51,441 nt of DNA from a virus (lineage: Duplodnaviria > Caudoviricetes). Position numbers and translations under genes: made by a program. Positions 45,243-51,441 of this stretch are shown here, piece by piece; position 1 is the first letter of the stretch, and each line of letters starts with the position of its first letter. Below the pieces are notes generated by a model. That model was not told the origin of the DNA. It did no database searches and worked only from the letters and a program-made list of their open reading frames with translations. The stretch lies in the IMG/VR virus record IMGVR_UViG_3300039448_000011, positions 1-51,441 of that record; one strand, written 5' to 3'.

Positions 45243-45302
45243 ACTCCCTCCAGATTTCGCGGCCCTAATTCTGACCTTCTGTTATTTTTTTAAATCAATA
45301 AG

Positions 45303-45611
45303 CTAGTGACTTACCGCAATATTTCCGGAGTTACTTTCTAAATGCTGCTTATCAATCTCTCGACGAAGTGCGCGGATAGAATCTTGAATATCAAGCTGCT
45401 CAAGGCGCTGATCCAGAATAATGTTTTGCTGCATACTGGAATAGCGAACGCCATAGCGATCCAAACCCTCACGAACAAGCTCGCCAATCAGAGTTCCAGC
45501 CTGAGTGCCCAGCGCATCAACCAAAACACAAAGGCGCTCATCGTCATATTCAGAGAGGCGGCACTTTCTACCGTCGCCAGCCTTAACTTGCTTTCGGTCT
45601 TTGTATGTCAT
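45303..45611 (-). CDS. CII-position regulatory protein
   Basis: Follows cro; MTYKD...KCRLSEYD...LVREGL pattern. Confidence 0.6.
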   Translation of the reverse strand: MTYKDRKQVKAGDGRKCRLSEYDDERLCVLVDALGTQAGTLIGELVREGLDRYGVRYSSMQQNIILDQRLEQLDIQDSIRALRREIDKQHLESNSGNIAVSH

Positions 45612-45789
45612 CAGTGCTGCCTTTTTTTGGAGTTGCCTTTAGCGCCCCACCCGTCAGTGCTTCAATTTGATATTGACGCCCCAGTGGTGGGTATTCGCCC
45701 CAGCTTGATATTGTCGTGTGCCAGCAGCCGAGAGCCTCGGCAATCTTTGTTTTTGTACCAAAGTGCTTAACGACTTCTTTAGTTTTCAT
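45583..45789 (-). CDS. cro: Cro-like repressor
   Basis: VVKHFG.KTKIAEALG....ISSWGE.PP..RQYQIE.LT.GALKA; divergent from cI. Confidence 0.9.
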   Translation of the reverse strand: MKTKEVVKHFGTKTKIAEALGCWHTTISSWGEYPPLGRQYQIEALTGGALKATPKKGSTDDIQRPKAS

Positions 45790-45800
45790 TTCTCTACCTT

Positions 45801-45871
45801 TGACAGTATTTCGTCAATTCTATACACAGCACTCTGTCAATGTCCAACATTACAATGATAAATAATTGTCA
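45801..45871. promoter_or_regulatory. OR-like operators (TGAC-N8-GTCA family)
   Basis: TGACAGTATTTCGTCA (45801), ACACAGCACTCTGTCA (45824), TGATAAATAATTGTCA (45856). Confidence 0.75.
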
Positions 45872-45883
45872 TTAGGAGATTTT

Positions 45884-46522
45884 ATGTCGTTCAATGATCG
45901 TGTTAAGCAGAGACGAAAGGCGCTGAAGCTCACACAGCAAGCGGTTGCTGATAAAGTTGGCATTTCACGCAGCGCGGTCAATAGTTGGGAAATGGGTGAT
46001 CATATTCCGGGGGGCAAAGCTGCCATGGCCCTTCCGAAGGTTTTGCAATGCTCCTGGGAGTGGCTAGAGACCGGCAGGGGAAGTCCAGAGGTTATGATTG
46101 CCAAGCTGGAAACGAATGAGCATAAAGTGAAGCTGGTACCACTCCTTGCCAAATCAGAAGTAATCTCTTACCTGGAGGGCACAAAAAACCCTGATCAATT
46201 CCTATCAGAGTCGCTATCTCTCTTGCCAGCAATGTTGAATGGATCAGATCAGTGTTTTGCTATACGGGAGGATTCGCCGGGAATGACCCCTAGAATAATT
46301 CCTGGCGAATTAGTGATAATCGACCCAGAACACGGAGGCGTTCCGGAATCCGGCGGCGAGTGGGCGTTTAATATTGATGGGCAGTTAACTATAGGTGTTG
46401 CAAGATGGACGCCCCGAGGGCTGATGCTGTCATTTTACAATAGAGAGCCGGGGTGGGAGCCGGTGAATATTGGTAGTGATTTGGCGCTAGGAAAGATTTT
46501 GGCATCTATCCCAGCGCCATGA
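45884..46522 (+). CDS. cI: CI-like repressor (HTH plus degenerate S24 domain)
   Basis: RVKQRRKALKLTQQAVADKVGISRSAVNSWE HTH; AGGAG RBS; S24-like C-terminus lacking catalytic residues. Confidence 0.9.
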   Translation: MSFNDRVKQRRKALKLTQQAVADKVGISRSAVNSWEMGDHIPGGKAAMALPKVLQCSWEWLETGRGSPEVMIAKLETNEHKVKLVPLLAKSEVISYLEGTKNPDQFLSESLSLLPAMLNGSDQCFAIREDSPGMTPRIIPGELVIIDPEHGGVPESGGEWAFNIDGQLTIGVARWTPRGLMLSFYNREPGWEPVNIGSDLALGKILASIPAP

Positions 46523-46529
46523 AAAATTA

Positions 46530-46916
46530 CTATTCGTAGCCAGTGCACGAATTTTCACTATCGCAAATTTCTAGTCTATTCGTTGTTTTTGCATACGTCC
46601 CTGCATGATTAAGCTCGTTACAGCCGGGGTCGCCATTTGCAGATGAGGCATAAGAGTAGATGCAGGTATTGATGTAATACGTTCCTTGATTCTGATTTCC
46701 TGAAACTCCGATTCTACAGTTGCACTGAGCGCCATCATCATAAATAAAACTCAACTCCCTGTACCCGCTAAACGATGCGCCGCTCAAATCGAGCGTTGTC
46801 GTCTTATCCGCGGACTCTGTCCACAAGCTAAACAAATCCTTTTCTGATTCGCTACCAGAAGAACCCCCGCAAGCGGCAAGAAAAGCACACACGGCAATAG
46901 TTAAGAAAATCTTCAT
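46530..46916 (-). CDS. Lipoprotein (moron; possible superinfection exclusion)
   Basis: MKIFLTIAVCAFLAAC lipobox; GGAGG RBS; several further cysteines. Confidence 0.75.
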   Translation of the reverse strand: MKIFLTIAVCAFLAACGGSSGSESEKDLFSLWTESADKTTTLDLSGASFSGYRELSFIYDDGAQCNCRIGVSGNQNQGTYYINTCIYSYASSANGDPGCNELNHAGTYAKTTNRLEICDSENSCTGYE

Positions 46917-46960
46917 ACCCACCTCCAATTTGTTGGTTGTCCCATATTAGCAAAAATAAA

Positions 46961-47038
46961 TGACTAAATACTGTCAAAACTGTTTGACAGTTTACCGTCG
47001 TGCGTATAACTTTAAATCCACATGACGAATAACTGTCA
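46961..47038 (+). promoter_or_regulatory. pL-like promoter with three OL-like operators
   Basis: TTGACA (46984)-17 nt-TAACTT; TGACTAAATACTGTCA (46961), TGACAGTTTACCGTCG (46985), TGACGAATAACTGTCA (47023). Confidence 0.8.
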
Positions 47039-47052
47039 ATAAGGAGCACGAC

Positions 47053-47454
47053 ATGGGTAGACATTTCTTTAGACCGGTTCGCGGTAGTCAGAACTTCAGT
47101 TCAGATCAAGACCACTCTGAGCTGTTAACTGACGCACTGAACACGCTACTAAACGGCGACGAGCTGGTTACTCATGTTGCCACTCACTCAATGAGTGATG
47201 TTATGCAGCGCCTGCATGATAACGCTGATGACAGCACGAGTCTTGAGAGTGCACTTGTCAGCCTAAACACCGCCGACCTAAACGGCATTGACTTTCTAGT
47301 TGCAAAAATTCGCGAACTTCAGCGCCGTACTGCAAACGAGTACATCGACGAAATTGCGGCTGAGCTTATTGAAGCTAAAAGCGTAAGTCGTGCTCAAGAG
47401 GCTGCCGAAATGCTAGTAGAGCAACGTGAAATGGATCGGGATTACCACTTGTGA
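47053..47454 (+). CDS. Hypothetical protein, first pL gene
   Basis: 133 aa, AAGGAG RBS. Confidence 0.8.
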   Translation: MGRHFFRPVRGSQNFSSDQDHSELLTDALNTLLNGDELVTHVATHSMSDVMQRLHDNADDSTSLESALVSLNTADLNGIDFLVAKIRELQRRTANEYIDEIAAELIEAKSVSRAQEAAEMLVEQREMDRDYHL

Positions 47455-47478
47455 GTAAGGCATTTGAGGACGCATTTA

Positions 47479-47664
47479 ATGAAATCTTTAAAAATAATTC
47501 AGGGCAGAAAGCCAGCGGGCCGGTTTCACAGAGCGCCGATATGGGTGGCACGACTGATACACGAAGACGGAACAAAAGAAGAGCTATCGAGCAGAACCCC
47601 AATTGGGTTGAACGCCCTTTTGCAACGTCGAATAGATCAAATTAATTCAGGAGAAGTGGCATGA
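47479..47664 (+). CDS. Hypothetical protein (alternative frame 47451-47645 also possible)
   Basis: GAGG RBS before ATG at 47479; ends GEVA* with ATGA overlap onto bet. Confidence 0.5.
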   Translation: MKSLKIIQGRKPAGRFHRAPIWVARLIHEDGTKEELSSRTPIGLNALLQRRIDQINSGEVA

Positions 47665-48578
47665 ATCAGGCTGTTAGATTGCACGAAGAAGCAAAAAGTA
47701 AATCCATTCAGGGCTGGTACGAACAATACCCGGATTTGGCCATACGTGGAATTGATGAGCAAATTTGGAACGCCTTGTCTGCAACGCTTTACCCGGGCGC
47801 TCAGATGCAAAGCATTCTGATGGCTTGGGATTACTGCGCAGCCAGAAAGTTAGACATTATGCTGAAGCCTGTTCATTTAGTGCCAATGAGCATTAAAACC
47901 GGAATGAAGGATAACGCTGGAAAAGATATTTATGAAAGTCGTGATGTTCCAATGCCGGGAATTGGGCTGTATCGAATTCAGGCAAGTCGCACAGGCGACT
48001 ACGCCGGGTCGAGCGAGCCGGAGTTTGGCCCTGCCGTTACTCACGAGTTCGCGCACGAATACAAAGGCAACGCCACAAAAAAGAAGGTCACGTTTCCGGA
48101 GTGGTGCAAGTACACCGTTCAAAAGTTAATTGGTGACCGAATTGTTAGCTTCTCTGTTAAAGAGTTTTGGCTAGAAAACTACGCAACGCAAAGTCGATAT
48201 TCAGACCTGCCAAACGCGATGTGGGAAAAGCGCCCCTATGCTCAGCTAGCTAAGTGCGCAGAAGCCCAAGCATTGCGTCGCGGCTGGCCAGAAATAGGCC
48301 AAGACCCTACGGCAGAGGAAATGGAAGGCAAGGCTTTTGATATGGCTAAAGATGTTAGTTATGCAAATGGCGGGCATGACATTGGCCTTGTCGAATCATC
48401 CCGCCCAACCCTTGAGTTATATGCGGACGAAAAATTCAACAAAAAATTCTCAAACTGGCAGGCGCAAATCTCAAGCGGCGAGCGCACTGCGCAGGATGTG
48501 ATTGCAACAATTTCAAGTCGCTTCGAAATGACCAGCGAACAAATTAATAAAATTGAAAGCGTGGAGATAGCCCAATGA
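47661..48578 (+). CDS. bet: Bet/RecT family single-strand annealing recombinase
   Basis: YC...LD...KPVHLVPM, GIGLYRIQA.RTG.YAG, MW.KRP..QLAKCAEAQALR. Confidence 0.92.
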   Translation: MNQAVRLHEEAKSKSIQGWYEQYPDLAIRGIDEQIWNALSATLYPGAQMQSILMAWDYCAARKLDIMLKPVHLVPMSIKTGMKDNAGKDIYESRDVPMPGIGLYRIQASRTGDYAGSSEPEFGPAVTHEFAHEYKGNATKKKVTFPEWCKYTVQKLIGDRIVSFSVKEFWLENYATQSRYSDLPNAMWEKRPYAQLAKCAEAQALRRGWPEIGQDPTAEEMEGKAFDMAKDVSYANGGHDIGLVESSRPTLELYADEKFNKKFSNWQAQISSGERTAQDVIATISSRFEMTSEQINKIESVEIAQ

Positions 48579-50251
48579 AAAAACTAAATTTAGTTCAAGG
48601 TAGAGAGCAGTGGAAAGCGGTTCGTAATAAATTTTATCGCACCGCCTCCAGCGCCAGCATGATGATGTCATCGCATAGCAATGTAACGCGCGACGAACTT
48701 CTTCACATGAAAGCTACTGGCACCGAGCAAGAGTTCTCTGATTTTGTTCATAAATACGTTCTTGATAAAGGCCACGAAGTAGAAGCAAATGCGCGTCCAT
48801 TCATGGAGCAGAAAATCGCGGATTGGTTTTTTGATGGTGACACCGATGACGCAATGCTTTATCAGGTTACCGCTACTGATGATGAAGAATACCTACTAGG
48901 CAGCACTGACGGCCTCACCGATTGCGGTACGGTTGGCTGGGAGTGTAAGCAGTGGAATGAATCAAAGGCTGCGGACGTTGAGGCTGGCATACTCCCTGAG
49001 TGCGATAAGTGGCAAGTTATTCAGTCGCTTGTTATTACTCGCGCAAAATATTGGGTCTACACGGTTACCGATGGCACACCAGAGAAAGAAGTTAGCATGG
49101 TGGTTTCTCTGACGGACGCCGACGAAAAGGCACTGATGGCCGGTTGGAAGCAATTCGACGAAGACCTTGCAAACTACGAAGTCAAGGAAGCCAAGCCGGT
49201 CGCGATTGCCGAAGCTATCCCATCACTTCCAGCGCTTAATATTGAATTGTTTGGCGAGGTAAAGGGCAGCAACCTTCCCTCTTTCGCAACCAGCGCCAAG
49301 CAAGTTATCGAAAGCATTAAGACTGACTTGGTTACAGATCAAGACTTTGCTGACTCGGAAGCCATTGTTAAGTTCCTAAAGTCAGGCGAACAGCAATTAG
49401 CTGAAGCTAAAAAGACTGCACTTTCTAAAACGGAAAGTATTGAGGCCCTATTTCGCGCCGTGGATGACTTAAGTGAAACCATGCGCCAGAAGCGCCTCAC
49501 TCTTGAAAAGCTGGTCAAGGCTGAAAAAGAAAATAAGCGTAACGCAATTTTTTCTGCCGCCAAGCAAGAGCTAACCGACCACATCCAGAAAGTAAACGCT
49601 TCGTTCTCAATTCGAGTCGCTCTGCCAGATATTACTACCGATTTTACCGGTGCAATGAAGGGTAAGAAATTACTTTCGAACATGCAGTCGGCGGTTAACG
49701 ACGTGCTGGCCAAGGCAAAAATCGAAGCAAATCAGTGGGCTGAAAAAATTACCGCGAATATCAACGCTTACGCAGAGGCCGTGAAAGAAGAGTATCGCGC
49801 CCTCCTCTTCCCTGACCTGCCAACTTTGATCCTTAAAGATCAAGACGACTTCATTGCATACGTTAATAACCGCATTGCTATGCACGAGCAGCAAATTCGC
49901 GAACGCGAAGAGCTGGCCCGCAAGCAAGCCGAAGAATCTGCTCGCTTAAAGGCTGAGGCTGACGAAGCTACACGATTAGAAGCCGAAGCCCGCCGCATTG
50001 CTCAAGATGCGCAAGATGCGCAGCGTATGGCCGAAGCTGAAGCTCTGGCCAAGAACTACGCTCCAGCCCTCGCAGACATTCCACTCACCACGGGCGCTGC
50101 AATGAAAGCCGCTGCGCAAAGTAACGATCAAGTGACGCTGTTCGATGCTCTGACTCAGTTCTGCAATGAGCGCGGACTTAACGAATCAACCTGCAATGAC
50201 TTAATTTCGCTTGTTGGTAGTTACACAAGCCTAAATCAGAAAGCTGCATAA
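48575..50251 (+). CDS. YqaJ/lambda-exonuclease family protein with long coiled-coil C-terminus
   Basis: QG..W...R...TAS, GH.VE..AR, STDG...WECK motifs; follows bet. Confidence 0.88.
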   Translation: MKKLNLVQGREQWKAVRNKFYRTASSASMMMSSHSNVTRDELLHMKATGTEQEFSDFVHKYVLDKGHEVEANARPFMEQKIADWFFDGDTDDAMLYQVTATDDEEYLLGSTDGLTDCGTVGWECKQWNESKAADVEAGILPECDKWQVIQSLVITRAKYWVYTVTDGTPEKEVSMVVSLTDADEKALMAGWKQFDEDLANYEVKEAKPVAIAEAIPSLPALNIELFGEVKGSNLPSFATSAKQVIESIKTDLVTDQDFADSEAIVKFLKSGEQQLAEAKKTALSKTESIEALFRAVDDLSETMRQKRLTLEKLVKAEKENKRNAIFSAAKQELTDHIQKVNASFSIRVALPDITTDFTGAMKGKKLLSNMQSAVNDVLAKAKIEANQWAEKITANINAYAEAVKEEYRALLFPDLPTLILKDQDDFIAYVNNRIAMHEQQIREREELARKQAEESARLKAEADEATRLEAEARRIAQDAQDAQRMAEAEALAKNYAPALADIPLTTGAAMKAAAQSNDQVTLFDALTQFCNERGLNESTCNDLISLVGSYTSLNQKAA

Positions 50252-50259
50252 GGAATTTA

Positions 50260-50454
50260 ATGATGCTTATTTTAACCCGCCGTGTAGGTGAAACGCTGAT
50301 GATTGGCGATGAAATTACCGTCACTGTCTTAGGCGCGAAAGGCAATCAGGTGCGTATTGGTATCAACGCACCGAAGGATACGCCGGTTCACCGTGAAGAG
50401 ATTTACCAGCGCATTCAGCGTGAAAAAAACGGCCCTGAATCGGGCAATAAATAA
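50260..50454 (+). CDS. csrA: CsrA/RsmA family RNA-binding protein
   Basis: [47 protein letters not shown]. Confidence 0.95.
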   Translation: MMLILTRRVGETLMIGDEITVTVLGAKGNQVRIGINAPKDTPVHREEIYQRIQREKNGPESGNK

Positions 50455-50484
50455 CGGCACCCGCCTCCGGTTTGCGGCACCGGG

Positions 50485-50503
50485 TATCAGCAGGATGCTG
50501 GTA
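50485..50503 (+). promoter_or_regulatory. Putative CsrA-binding hairpin
   Basis: TATCAGCA-GGA-TGCTGGTA, with CAGGATG at the apex. Confidence 0.45.
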
Positions 50504-50537
50504 GACGCCGCGCAAATTTATTAAATCGGAGATAGAT

Positions 50538-51089
50538 ATGAAGCCAGTAATCTTTTACGACACAGAAACAACAGGACTTCCAGAATGGCAGGTGCCTTCT
50601 GATCACGAAAGCCAGCCACATCTTGTTCAGGTTGGTGCAATTGTGTGTGATATCGAAACCGGAAAAGTCATCAATACTCTTGATGTGATTATCAAGCCTG
50701 ATGGTTGGGTTATTCCTGACGAAGTGGCTGCAATTCACGGCATTACAACCGAATACGCATTACAGGTCGGCATTAGTGAAGAGCAGGCAATTAAGACTCT
50801 TATTGAAATGACAGGCGATTTTGAGCGCTGCGCCTATAACAAAACCTTCGACCAGCGAATTATTCGTATCGGATTGAAGCGCTACTTCTCTGAAGCTGAG
50901 CAAGAAAAATGGGGCGACAAGGATAACCATCATTGCGCTATGCGAATGGCACAAAAAGCAATGGGCGGGAAAAATCCAAAGCTAGTAGATGCCTACAAGT
51001 TTTTCACCGGCGAGGAGCTAGAGGATGCCCACACGGCTATGGCCGACGCCAAAGCATGTATGGATGTCTATTTGGCAATAAACAAGTAG
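50538..51089 (+). CDS. DEDDh 3'-5' exonuclease (DnaQ-like)
   Basis: FYDTETTG, AYN..FD, AH.AMAD motifs. Confidence 0.9.
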   Translation: MKPVIFYDTETTGLPEWQVPSDHESQPHLVQVGAIVCDIETGKVINTLDVIIKPDGWVIPDEVAAIHGITTEYALQVGISEEQAIKTLIEMTGDFERCAYNKTFDQRIIRIGLKRYFSEAEQEKWGDKDNHHCAMRMAQKAMGGKNPKLVDAYKFFTGEELEDAHTAMADAKACMDVYLAINK

Positions 51090-51168
51090 CCCTAAGCGCA
51101 GGTTTCGCCAGCCCCTTTATTGGGGCTTTCTGGGTAGAAAAATATGGAAATGGAAATAGGGCCGAGTT

Positions 51169-51441
51169 ATGAAAATCGCTAAACCGAACGAAAAAGATCT
51201 TAAGGGTGCCGCTGACTTGCTGCACATTCTTTCGTCAATCGCACAAGGTTACATGCCTGATGGCATGGAAGCAGTGCAAGAAGGTGTTGAGTTATTCGAT
51301 CTTGACGATAGCGCAGACTGCAAGATGGTTTTTAAAGCGCTAATTGAAATCGAAAACGGCTGCAATTTACAGCGTGTCGTGTGGGGTATGGAAACTTTAA
51401 TGGACTCTGAAAATAGCGTCATAGATCAAGAATCCGAGACG
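51169..51441 (+). CDS. Hypothetical protein, truncated by the window end
   Basis: Open frame MKIAKPNEKDLKGAA...RVVWGMETL... runs to the edge. Confidence 0.65.
   Translation, partial: MKIAKPNEKDLKGAADLLHILSSIAQGYMPDGMEAVQEGVELFDLDDSADCKMVFKALIEIENGCNLQRVVWGMETLMDSENSVIDQESET

Overview
The window is essentially all one temperate, podovirus-type phage of a gammaproteobacterial host. It looks circularly permuted, with no host genes and no integrase visible. The minus strand carries cro/cII-like genes, tRNA-Arg(UCU), O/P-like replication genes, ninB, ninG, a Q-like gene, ssb, lysis genes, terminase, P22-like portal, scaffold, N4-gp56-type capsid, tail and ejection genes, ending in a 3338-aa polyvalent protein (DNA MTase + metallopeptidase + GNAT + LPD38-like). 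The plus strand carries cI, bet/exo, csrA, a DEDD exonuclease and accessory genes. Three non-coding signals stand out. (1) Two arrays of integron-type attC sites (386-1724 and 38838-39432) bound small genes as apparent mobile cassettes: each cassette's two ends are complementary to each other, but every gene is inverted relative to canonical attC polarity and no integron integrase is present. (2) A self-contained type I-E-like repeat / 32-nt spacer / repeat unit (37514-37601) has its own sigma70 promoter and terminator and sits inside an acr-aca-like operon. (3) A pR'/qut-like late promoter-terminator unit occurs twice (36.6 kb and 16.6 kb). All protein calls come from motif recognition and synteny by eye; no database search was run.
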